In this document: positions 26,188 to 33,817 of the stretch, piece by piece | Layout of the letters: every line of letters starts with the position of its first letter | How positions within the stretch are numbered: the stretch's first letter is position 1 | NCBI GenBank assembly: GCA_036518855.1 | Contig: DATDMJ010000109.1 | Location: 1 to 63,911 of the forward strand | DNA: 63,911 bases | Source of the DNA: Gaiellaceae bacterium | Lineage (GTDB): Bacteria; Actinomycetota; Thermoleophilia; Gaiellales; Gaiellaceae | Direction of reading: 5' to 3' | Notes under the pieces: generated by a model | What the model was told of the DNA's origin: nothing | Databases searched by the model: none | The model's input: only the letters and a program-made list of their open reading frames with translations | Position numbers and translations under genes: made by a program

Positions 26188-27204
26188 TCAGTGGAGCGTG
26201 ATCGTCACCGTGCGCCGGCCCCAGGCATTCGCCTGAGCCAGCGTCGGGAACCAGAGATCGATCGTGTTGCCCTGGATCGCGCCGCCCGTGTCGGCGGCGA
26301 TTCCCTCGCCGTAGCCGGGAATCGTCATGCGCGTGCCGAGGGGAATCACGCTCGGGTCGACGGCCACGACGCCCCAGCCGACCGGCGCGCCCGTGGCCGT
26401 TCTGCCGTGGAGCGAGTAGCCGGTTGCGGTGACCGTGACCGTGCCGGAGACAGGGCCGCCGCCCGTGCCGCCGCCGGCGGTGGACGCGACGGCCGAGATC
26501 TGCCTCGCCTTGGCCTCGATCGACTGCGCCTGCTGGACGAGCCCGGTGATCGCCGCCGAGTTCAGGCGCCGCTGGGCCGCGAGGCCCGTGATGTACGAGG
26601 CGCGCTGGGCGCGCGATTGCTCCAGGGCCAGGGCGGTCTGCGAGGCCTGCTGGGACAGGGCCGTCAGCTGCCGTTGCTGCGCCGAGAGCGTCCGCGTTTC
26701 CTGAAGGTAGTCGCGCCGCGCCTGCTGGGTCTGCTGCATCACGAGCTTGTCCTGGCCGGCCACGCGGTTGAGCGTGTCGAGGCCGTCGAGCGCCTCGTTC
26801 ACCGAGCTGGCGCCGAGCACGACGGCGACCGGATCGCTGTCGCCCTGCTCGTAGAGCTGCTGCAGGCGCAGCGAGAGCGCTCGGGTGGACGACGCGAGCG
26901 AACGGCGGGCGATCGCGAGGCGGCGCTGCGCGGCCTCGCGAGCCGCGCGCACCTGGGCCGTCTGGATCCGGAGCGAGACGATGCGTGCGCGCTCGCGGGC
27001 GAGGCGCGCGTCGAGCGCGTACAGGTCGAGCAGCGCGCTGCGCGCCTTGACCGCCAGGTTCGCGTTCTGTTGCGAAAGGCTCGACGCCCGTGCGCGAAGC
27101 TTCGCGGAGGAGTCCGCGGAAACCCTCGCTGGCACGAGACTGCACAGAACCAACAGCGCGATGGCGGCGGGCCACAACCGCGCCTTGCGAGTCTCCCCCG
27201 ACAC
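26188..27204 (-). CDS. Secreted coiled-coil protein with C-terminal 3D (MltA/YuiC-like) domain, putative cell-wall glycosidase
   Basis: C-terminus ...TATGYSLHGRTATGAPVGWGVVAVDPSVIPLGTRMTIPGYGEGIAADTGGAIQGNTIDLWF. Long Q/R/A-rich coiled coil. GTG 27204 gives a signal peptide (RKARLWPAAIALLVLCSLVPARVSA). Codons 27336-27205 (tca att gat ... ttt ttg tta) look non-coding. Confidence 0.8.
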   Translation of the reverse strand: MSGETRKARLWPAAIALLVLCSLVPARVSADSSAKLRARASSLSQQNANLAVKARSALLDLYALDARLARERARIVSLRIQTAQVRAAREAAQRRLAIARRSLASSTRALSLRLQQLYEQGDSDPVAVVLGASSVNEALDGLDTLNRVAGQDKLVMQQTQQARRDYLQETRTLSAQQRQLTALSQQASQTALALEQSRAQRASYITGLAAQRRLNSAAITGLVQQAQSIEAKARQISAVASTAGGGTGGGPVSGTVTVTATGYSLHGRTATGAPVGWGVVAVDPSVIPLGTRMTIPGYGEGIAADTGGAIQGNTIDLWFPTLAQANAWGRRTVTITLH

Positions 27205-27347
27205 GACGCGGCACCGTAACAAAAACGGCCGCGCGGGCAGAGCCCGCTCGGGCTCCAGCAAGGCGCCGCCCAGTCGGCGCCCTTCGCGGGCTTGTGTTCC
27301 TGGTGCCCGCACCACCCACTTGGCATCAATTGACACATTTAAGCCAT

Positions 27348-27376
27348 TTGCGAGCGTCCGATCTGATTGTTAGGGT
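27348..27376 (+). promoter_or_regulatory. Candidate promoter TTGCGA-N17-TAGGGT for the NlpC/P60 gene (near-leaderless)
   Basis: -35-like TTGCGA (27348-27353), 17-nt spacer, TANNNT-type -10 TAGGGT (27371-27376). The GTG start at 27386 is only 9 nt after the -10 box. Confidence 0.3.
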
Positions 27377-27385
27377 GCCGAACTT

Positions 27386-28528
27386 GTGACGACCCGGCCC
27401 CTCGCACGAGGGCGCCTGTCGAGCGAATCGCCCCCCTTGCGCTCGACAAGACGAAAGGCGCCGGCACTAGTCATCGCGTTCGCAGCGCTGTTCGCAGCGA
27501 CTGCGGTTTCTGCATCCGCCGACTCGGTCGCGTCGAAGCGCGCCGAGGCGCAGAGCGTGCTCAACGACATCCAGCAGCTCGACTCGAGCCTGGAGCGGGC
27601 GATCGAGGCGTACGACCTCGCGAACGTGAAGCTCAGGCACATCAAGCACGACCTCACGCAGAACACGGCGAGCCTCGTGGTGGCGAAGCGGAGCCTCGGG
27701 AACGCCCAGCGCCAGCTTTCGTCGCGCCTCGTCGACCTCTACACCTCCGAGAGCCAGGACTCGACGCTCGCCGTCCTGCTCGGCTCGTCGAGCCTCGACC
27801 AGCTGCTCAGCAACATGGACGCGGTCGACCGCGTCTCGCAACAGGACTCGCTCGTGCTCAAGCAGGTGGTCGACCTCCGGCGAGAGGTCCAGCAGCGCCA
27901 GCGCGAATTGCAGAAGGCGCACGCCGAGCAGACGCAGGTCGTCGCGCAGCGGGCCGCTGCAAAGGCCTCGATCCAGAGCCAGCTCGGGCAGCGCCGCCAG
28001 CTTCTGGCCTCGATCAAGAACCAGATCGTGAGGCTCCAGCAGGAGGAGGCTGCTCGGGCCGCGGAGCTCCAGCGGGAGGCCCAGGCGCGGTTGCAGCAGC
28101 AGTCCACCTCGTCGTCGAACGCGATCTCCCAGGTCGTGACCGCCCCCGCGCCGCCTTCCGGCGGTGCGCCACCGCCCTCGAACTATGGCGGCGTCGTCGG
28201 CTTCGCAATGAGCTTCATCGGTACTCCCTACGTCTGGGGCGGCGCCTCGCCCTCGGGCTTCGACTGCTCCGGCTTCACGATGTACGTCTACGCGCACTTC
28301 GGGGTTTCGTTGCCGCACAACGCTGCGGCACAGTTCGGCTACGGCTCCCCGGTTCCGCGCAACGACCTCCAGCCCGGCGACCTCGTCTTCTTCGACGGGC
28401 TCGGCCACGTGGGCATCTACGTCGGGGGCAACTCCTTCATCCACGCGCCGCACACGGGCGACGTGGTGCACGTTTCCAGCCTTACCGGCTGGTACGCGTC
28501 GACGTACGTCGGCGCGCGGCGCCTCTAG
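27386..28528 (+). CDS. Secreted coiled-coil NlpC/P60 peptidoglycan endopeptidase (RipA/RipC-like architecture)
   Basis: 380 aa; signal peptide, ~230-aa coiled coil, C-terminal FIGTPYVWGGASPSGFDCSGF...GHVGIYVGGNSFIHAP NlpC/P60 Cys-His core. Confidence 0.9.
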   Translation: MTTRPLARGRLSSESPPLRSTRRKAPALVIAFAALFAATAVSASADSVASKRAEAQSVLNDIQQLDSSLERAIEAYDLANVKLRHIKHDLTQNTASLVVAKRSLGNAQRQLSSRLVDLYTSESQDSTLAVLLGSSSLDQLLSNMDAVDRVSQQDSLVLKQVVDLRREVQQRQRELQKAHAEQTQVVAQRAAAKASIQSQLGQRRQLLASIKNQIVRLQQEEAARAAELQREAQARLQQQSTSSSNAISQVVTAPAPPSGGAPPPSNYGGVVGFAMSFIGTPYVWGGASPSGFDCSGFTMYVYAHFGVSLPHNAAAQFGYGSPVPRNDLQPGDLVFFDGLGHVGIYVGGNSFIHAPHTGDVVHVSSLTGWYASTYVGARRL

Positions 28529-29361
28529 CCCGGCTGCGTCGGGCGCGCCTGCGCGAAGCGCCAGCGGCGGCCCTCGACATCGAGCGCCACGTACGAGGTG
28601 AAGCCCGTTCGCTCGACTTCCTGGACGATCGTGGCGCCCTTCTCGCGGGCCCGCGCACAGTGGCTCTCGAGGTCGTCGACGAAGACCCAGGGGACGTACG
28701 TGTCCCCGTCTGCGGCCTGGCCGGCCAGCGGCTCGATGACGAGTGACGCGTTCCCGGCACGCAGTTCGATCCACGGGTGACCGTACCGGTCGTCGGAGAG
28801 CGGATCTTCGCCCTCTGGGAGCGGGCTCGGAGATTCGAACCCGAACGTGTCCGCCAGCCAGCGCGCCGCCGCGGCCGGACGGGCGTAACGGAGCGAGAGG
28901 CCGAGCCGCGCGAGCTCCTGCGGCTCCCGAGAGGCGGTGTCACGCCGCTCCATCCACGCGCCGAACCAGGGCGGCGCCACTGTGACGAACGACGACCCGC
29001 CGCGGTCCTCTCCACCGTCCGGGACGCTCGCCTCGAGCTCGACACGAGTCCCGGCCTCCGTCGGCTCGAAGCGCACGTCGATCGACACGTCGTCGAGCGA
29101 GCTGTGCCAGGACAGGCGCTCCCCCGGCTCCCAGACCGTGATCCGCGCGAGCTCGAGGCCGTCGCCGCTCTCGGCGTCGTACACCTCGAGGATCCGGCCG
29201 CCGACCCCGTGCTCGCAGCGCATCTCCACCAGCCGGCCGGAGTCGTAGGCGTTGATCGGCCCTCGCACCCACCAGAGGTCGAGCTCGTCCGTGAACGCGG
29301 TGAACGCGGTCAGCGGATCCACAGCCACCTCGACGGTCGACCTCGCGGAGCCGCGGCTCAT
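28525..29361 (-). CDS. SRPBCC (AHSA1/START-like) domain fused to glyoxalase/VOC-like domain
   Basis: 278 aa; N-terminal half resembles ArsR-associated SRPBCC proteins (VEVAVDPLTAFTAFTDELDLWW). C-terminal half has a VOC-like pattern (WIELRAGNASLVIE...VFVDDLESHCARAREKGATI). Confidence 0.72.
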   Translation of the reverse strand: MSRGSARSTVEVAVDPLTAFTAFTDELDLWWVRGPINAYDSGRLVEMRCEHGVGGRILEVYDAESGDGLELARITVWEPGERLSWHSSLDDVSIDVRFEPTEAGTRVELEASVPDGGEDRGGSSFVTVAPPWFGAWMERRDTASREPQELARLGLSLRYARPAAAARWLADTFGFESPSPLPEGEDPLSDDRYGHPWIELRAGNASLVIEPLAGQAADGDTYVPWVFVDDLESHCARAREKGATIVQEVERTGFTSYVALDVEGRRWRFAQARPTQPG

Positions 29362-29690
29362 GTCTTCCTCCTTCCCTCGACGTGACGCTGGAACGACTCG
29401 AGCTGCTGGTCGGCGGCGGCCTGCAGCTCGTCGAGCCAGGCCCGCAGCGAGGTGATCGCCTCCGGCCGCAGCCAGAAGATCCTGGCCCGCGCGTCGTCGT
29501 CTCGGCGCTCGTCCGCGACGATGCCTGCCTCGAGCAGGACGCGCAGATGGCGGCTCATCGCCGGCGCGGACGTTCCAGACGCAGCCGCGAGCTCGCCCGC
29601 CCGCCGCGGACCCTCCTGCAGGATCTGCACGACGCGGCGACGCGTGGGGTCCGCAAGCGCGGTGAGCAACGGCGCGAGCTCGGTTGTCAT
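29358..29690 (-). CDS. ArsR/SmtB-family transcriptional regulator
   Basis: 110 aa; LADPTRRRVVQILQEGPRRAGELAAASGTSAPAMSRHLRVLLEAGIV winged HTH; ATGA overlap with the downstream SRPBCC gene. Confidence 0.9.
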   Translation of the reverse strand: MTTELAPLLTALADPTRRRVVQILQEGPRRAGELAAASGTSAPAMSRHLRVLLEAGIVADERRDDDARARIFWLRPEAITSLRAWLDELQAAADQQLESFQRHVEGRRKT

Positions 29691-29697
29691 TGCACTA

Positions 29698-29723
29698 AAT
29701 AGTTATCACATCTCGCAACTATT
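29698..29723. promoter_or_regulatory. Inverted repeat AATAGTT-N12-AACTATT just upstream of arsR-like gene (candidate operator)
   Basis: AT-rich 7-bp arms in an otherwise GC-rich region, 8-33 nt upstream of the ArsR start at 29690. Confidence 0.3.
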
Positions 29724-31440
29724 GCGCAGAAGTGGCGGAAGCGACCGCGTACAGGCCCTCGATCTCGCCGGCGAAATGCTCCACGCAGACGCGCCGCTTG
29801 AGCTTCAACGTCGGCGTGACCTCCCCGTCCTCGGGGGTGAACTCGCGCGGGAGGATGGCGAAGCGCTTGATCTGCTCGAAGCGGGAGAACTCGGCGTTCG
29901 CGCGGTCGACGCTCTCCTGCACGCGCTCGTGGACCTGTCCCGGGGACAGTCCCCCGGCCACGGCTGGATCGACCGTGATCAGCGCGGCCACGAACGGTCG
30001 CGCGTCGCCGACGACGAGCGCCTGCGAGATCAGCGGGTCGGTCTTGAGCGCGGTCTCGAGGTTCTGCGGCGCGACGTTCTTGCCGCCGGCAGTGATGAGA
30101 ATGTCCTTCTTGCGGTCGGTGATCCTGATGAACCCGTCCTCGTCGATCTCGCCGAGATCGCCCGAGCGCAGCCACCCGTCGTCGCCGAGCACCTGGCGCG
30201 TCGCCTCCTCGTCTTTGTAGTAGCCGGCGAAGACCGTCGGGCTGCGGATCAGGAGCTCGCCGTCGCCGTCCGTGCGCACCTCGAAGCCCGGCAGCGCCGG
30301 CCCGACGGTCCCGAAGCGGAACCTGTGCGGCCGGTTGACCGAGGCGGCGGTGGTGCACTCGGTGAGGCCCCAGCCCTCGACGATCAGGATGTCGAGCGCA
30401 TTGAAGAGCTCGCCGATCTCCTTCGCGAGCGGCGCGCCCCCGGAGATGCCGAGGCGGAACCGTCCGCCCAGGCGGTTCTTGACCTTTCGGTACACCAGGC
30501 GGTCCGCGATCCGGTGCCGCAGGGCAAGGCCCGCAGGCAGCTCGCGCCCCTCCTGCCGGAGCGCGCTCGCCTGCCGGCCGACGTCGAGCGCCCAGTCCAG
30601 CAGGCGCTTGCGCGGGCCGTGTGCCTGCTCGAACTGGGCGAGCAGCGCGGTGTGCACCTTCTCGTAGAGTCGGGGCACGCTCGGCAGCAGCGTCGGCCGC
30701 ACCGCGGGCATGACCTCGCCGACGCGCAACGGGTCGGCGCAAAACGCGATCGTGTAGCCCCTGTGGGCCCCGAGCAGGTGCATCAGCCGCCCGAAGTTGT
30801 GCGCCAGCGGCAAGTAGAGGAGCATCACGTCCTCCTCGAAGGCGAAGGCCTCGACGCGCTCGACGGTCGCGCACATCTCGTAGTAGTTGCGGTGCCGGAT
30901 CATGCAGCCCTTCGGCGGACCGGTCGTTCCCGACGTGTAGATGAAGGTGAAGAGGTCCTCCTCGTCGACGGCGGCCTCGGCCTCGGCCAGCGCGTTCGGA
31001 TTCGCGGCGGCGAACTCGCGCCCGCGCGCCCGCAGCTCGTCGAGCTCGGCGAACGAGATGACGCGCGTGAGCCCGAGATCGGCGACCTTCGCCCGCTGCT
31101 CCTCGTCCTGGACGAGGACGCCGATCGCGTCGGAGTGCTCGAGCACGTGGCGGCAGTCCTTGGGCGAGCTGTTCGCGTAGACGGCCGCCCCGACCGCGCC
31201 GATCAGCGCCAGCGCGTAGTCGAAGAGCGACCATTCGAGGTTCGTCTGCGCAAGGATCCCGAACGAGTCGCCCTTCTTGATCCGTAGGGCGAGCAGCCCG
31301 TTCGCGAGCTCGTCGACCGCCTTCCCGGCCTCGTCCCAGCTCACCTCGCTCCAGCCGTCCGGCCCCTCGACGAGGTAGGCGGGGCTGGTGCGCCCCGCGG
31401 CGATTGCGTCGCGCCACAAGCGGCCGATCGTCCGGTTCAT
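29719..31440 (-). CDS. fadD: Long-chain-fatty-acid--CoA ligase (AMP-dependent synthetase)
   Basis: 573 aa; YTSGTTGPPKG AMP-binding motif, GWLRSGDLGEIDEDGF, ITDRKKD. The overlapping 603-aa ORF in another frame is Arg/Gly-rich junk. Confidence 0.93.
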   Translation of the reverse strand: MNRTIGRLWRDAIAAGRTSPAYLVEGPDGWSEVSWDEAGKAVDELANGLLALRIKKGDSFGILAQTNLEWSLFDYALALIGAVGAAVYANSSPKDCRHVLEHSDAIGVLVQDEEQRAKVADLGLTRVISFAELDELRARGREFAAANPNALAEAEAAVDEEDLFTFIYTSGTTGPPKGCMIRHRNYYEMCATVERVEAFAFEEDVMLLYLPLAHNFGRLMHLLGAHRGYTIAFCADPLRVGEVMPAVRPTLLPSVPRLYEKVHTALLAQFEQAHGPRKRLLDWALDVGRQASALRQEGRELPAGLALRHRIADRLVYRKVKNRLGGRFRLGISGGAPLAKEIGELFNALDILIVEGWGLTECTTAASVNRPHRFRFGTVGPALPGFEVRTDGDGELLIRSPTVFAGYYKDEEATRQVLGDDGWLRSGDLGEIDEDGFIRITDRKKDILITAGGKNVAPQNLETALKTDPLISQALVVGDARPFVAALITVDPAVAGGLSPGQVHERVQESVDRANAEFSRFEQIKRFAILPREFTPEDGEVTPTLKLKRRVCVEHFAGEIEGLYAVASATSAQ

Positions 31441-31518
31441 GCACGCAGCTTATTCCGGAAGGGAACCGCCGCACGGCGGCGAAAACGCCGGGTCCCACTA
31501 CACTTCCTAGGCGGCCCC

Positions 31519-32382
31519 ATGCGCACTATCTGGAACGGATCCCTCAGTTTTGGCCTGGTGACGATCCCTGTCGGGCTCGCGCCTGCGACGACGCCGAAGG
31601 CGCGCGCCTCCGACGTCTCGTTCCGCACCCTGCACCGCGAGTGCAAGACGCCGATCAAGCAGAAGCGCTGGTGCCCGACGCACGAGCGGGAGGTCTCGAA
31701 CGACGAGATCGTCAAGGGCTGGGAAGTCTCGAAGGGCCAGTTCGTGATCGTCGAGGAGGCCGATCTCGAGGCGATCGCCCAGCACGACACCTCGCGCGCG
31801 ATCGACATTTCACGCTTTGTGCCGCTCGACCAGGTCGACCCGCTCTTCTTCGACCGCACGTACTACCTCGCGCCGTCTACCGCGGCGGCCCAGCGCCGGC
31901 CGTACGTGCTGCTGCTCGAAGCGATGAAGGAGACCGGGATGGCCGCGGTCGGCCGAATGGTGATCCGCGGCAACGAGAACTTCTGCCTGATCCGCCCGAA
32001 GGGCGACGCGCTGGTCCTCGAGACGCTGTTCTTGGCCGAGGACGTGCGCTCCCAGGCCGAGATCGACGAGGCGGTCGAGGAGACCGAGGTCAACGAGCCT
32101 GAGCTTCAGCTCGCGCGGCAGCTGATCGACGGGCTCGTCGGCGAGTTCGAGCCCGACGCGCTGCACAGCGAGTACCGCCAGAACCTGCGCGACCTGCTCG
32201 AGGCGAAGCTGAAGGGCGAGGAGATCTCGGTGCCGGAGCCGGTCGAAGAGGCGCCGGTCGTCGACCTGATGGAGGCGCTGAAGAAGAGCGTCGCGGCGAC
32301 GAAGGGCAAGTCGGCCGCCAGCGACGGGGCGAAGGCCAAGAAGTCGGCGCCGAAGAAGCGCGCAGCAGCCGGCCGGAAGTAA
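31519..32382 (+). CDS. ku: Non-homologous end-joining protein Ku
   Basis: 287 aa, MRTIWNGSLSFGLVTIPVGLAPAT... with basic Lys-rich C-terminal tail. Confidence 0.95.
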   Translation: MRTIWNGSLSFGLVTIPVGLAPATTPKARASDVSFRTLHRECKTPIKQKRWCPTHEREVSNDEIVKGWEVSKGQFVIVEEADLEAIAQHDTSRAIDISRFVPLDQVDPLFFDRTYYLAPSTAAAQRRPYVLLLEAMKETGMAAVGRMVIRGNENFCLIRPKGDALVLETLFLAEDVRSQAEIDEAVEETEVNEPELQLARQLIDGLVGEFEPDALHSEYRQNLRDLLEAKLKGEEISVPEPVEEAPVVDLMEALKKSVAATKGKSAASDGAKAKKSAPKKRAAAGRK

Positions 32383-32386
32383 CCCC

Positions 32387-32602
32387 ATGATTCCGTGGGT
32401 CATCTTCGGGGTGGTCGTCGTCCCTCTGGTCGTCTTCGGCTTCGTCGCCTCACGTCGCAGAACCGTCGAGCGCGAGCATCCCGCGAGCGAAGACGCGGAA
32501 GAGAGAGCGCGCATCGAGCGGGAGTTCGCCGAGGCGGAGGCGTTCGAGGCGAAGTGGCGTGCGGAAGACGAGGAGCGGTACCGTCAGGAGCGCTTGCCCT
32601 AG
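32387..32602 (+). CDS. Small membrane-anchored charged protein (hypothetical)
   Basis: 71 aa; one N-terminal TM (MIPWVIFGVVVVPLVVFGFVA) then an E/R-rich helix. Starts 4 nt after the Ku stop. Confidence 0.5.
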   Translation: MIPWVIFGVVVVPLVVFGFVASRRRTVEREHPASEDAEERARIEREFAEAEAFEAKWRAEDEERYRQERLP

Positions 32603-32657
32603 TGAACTCGCCTGGGCCTCTTCGCGAATGTCACCCGAAGTAGGTCAGCGAGGCCTG

Positions 32658-33473
32658 CTAGATCGGCCGAGCCGCCGCATAGACAAGGCGCGATAGGCGC
32701 CGCTGTCGCGCCAGCGTCGCAACGAGATCGAAGAATCGCTGGCGGCCGTCGAAGGCATGCTCACCCTCGACCCTGACCAGCTCGGCGGCGTGGTTCGCGC
32801 GAGCGTCGAATCGCCGACGCGCGATCTCGGCGAGGTGCTCGGTCGTGTCGTCGACACTGACGACCTCGAGACCGGCCTCGGTCAGCACTCGCTCGTTCTC
32901 CCCGGGCGGCAGAAAAAGGAGATAGCCGATCGAAGCTCTGGTTGCGATCTCCTCAGAACTCAGTGGCCCGGTCAACACAATCGGGTCGGTGAAGAGGACT
33001 CGTCCGCCCGGACGCAGCAGTCGAGCCCAATCGCTCACTACTCCGCGCCGGTCGGGCAAATGGTTGATCGCGTCAACGCAGAGGACGGCGTCGAACGACT
33101 CGCTCTCGAACGGCAGACGGCGACTGGCGTCGGCGCACACGAAGGTAACTCGCTCCTCAAGACCTGCATCCAGTGCCTTCCGCCTTCCCGTCGCCACCGC
33201 CTCTTCGTAGAGCTCGACACCAACCGCCTCGCATTCGACCGGGCGTACGAGGTGCAACATCGGGCCACCCGACCCGCAGGCAACATCGAGGAGGCGTGAG
33301 CTAGGCCGAAGCTCGAGGAGCGATCCGAAGCGCTCGAGCTCCTCCACGGTCAGCCAGCTGTTCTGCCCGATATCGAGCCCGAAGGCCTCGCGCCGCACAT
33401 CGCCGTACACGTCGGCCGCAAAGTCCCGATAGTGAGCGCTGTAGTGCCCAGGGACCTCGGGCTGCGAGCCCAT
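32658..33473 (-). CDS. Class I SAM-dependent methyltransferase
   Basis: 271 aa; LLDVACGSGGP motif I, VLCVDAINH. Confidence 0.88.
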   Translation of the reverse strand: MGSQPEVPGHYSAHYRDFAADVYGDVRREAFGLDIGQNSWLTVEELERFGSLLELRPSSRLLDVACGSGGPMLHLVRPVECEAVGVELYEEAVATGRRKALDAGLEERVTFVCADASRRLPFESESFDAVLCVDAINHLPDRRGVVSDWARLLRPGGRVLFTDPIVLTGPLSSEEIATRASIGYLLFLPPGENERVLTEAGLEVVSVDDTTEHLAEIARRRFDARANHAAELVRVEGEHAFDGRQRFFDLVATLARQRRLSRLVYAAARPI

Positions 33474-33501
33474 CTTCCGAGCCGCGCGGAGTTCGGTCCC
33501 G

Positions 33502-33672
33502 TTAGTGGTGCTGAGGCGCGGCGCCGATGGCCTGGAGCTGCGCTTGGAAGAGCGTCTTGTCGATCTTGCCCTGGTAGATCGGGACCCCTTCCTGCACGCA
33601 GACCTTGATCACCTCCTGGCGGTCGATGCCAAGCTCTTTCGACAGCTCCTCGGGCGTCAGGTGGTTCGCCAT
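33502..33672 (-). CDS. Small (56 aa) putative HTH/DNA-binding protein, absent from ORF track
   Basis: ATG 33672 preceded by AAAGGAG. MANHLTPEELSKELGIDRQEVIKVCVQEGVPIYQGKIDKTLFQAQLQAIGAAPQHH; GC3 very high. The overlapping plus-strand ORF 33505..33729 looks spurious. Confidence 0.6.
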   Translation of the reverse strand: MANHLTPEELSKELGIDRQEVIKVCVQEGVPIYQGKIDKTLFQAQLQAIGAAPQHH

Positions 33673-33817
33673 CGTGCTCCTTTCGTGGCTATCAAAAAGC
33701 CCGCCGCGCTCTCAGCGCTGACGGGCTAGCCGACTGCTCCTCTGGTGTGTGTGGCAGGAATCAGGGGTCCTGCCTCCCCGAACGATCCATCACCTCCAAG
33801 AATAATCGCGACCGAGG

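Noticed and set aside
25475-27319. 614-aa ORF suggesting a large multidomain regulator
   Set aside because: Only the C-terminal 225 aa (REC + LuxR HTH, GTG 26152 with a strong Shine-Dalgarno sequence) is credible. The upstream part is an off-frame reading of the 3D-domain hydrolase gene.
27190-27390. c-di-AMP (ydaO-type) riboswitch upstream of the 3D-domain hydrolase gene
   Set aside because: The context is suggestive. However, I could not find the conserved ydaO core elements as I remember them (ACGGRGGAACC / GGGGUNAAUC / CCCGMACCCGACAGCUAAC-like blocks). It is kept only as an unclassified structured leader.
31453-31460. TTCCGGAA palindrome in the fadD-ku divergent region as a regulator site
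   Set aside because: A single 8-bp palindrome has no second copy or extended symmetry and is expected by chance in 64 kb.
29687-31498. 603-aa ORF competing with the FadD call
   Set aside because: The 29719..31440 frame carries the AMP-binding motifs. The 603-aa frame is Arg/Gly/Pro-rich with no motifs.
33505-33729. 74-aa plus-strand ORF from the ORF track
   Set aside because: It has no RBS and poor codon bias. It is exactly antisense to a 56-aa ORF with a strong Shine-Dalgarno sequence and near-uniform GC3.
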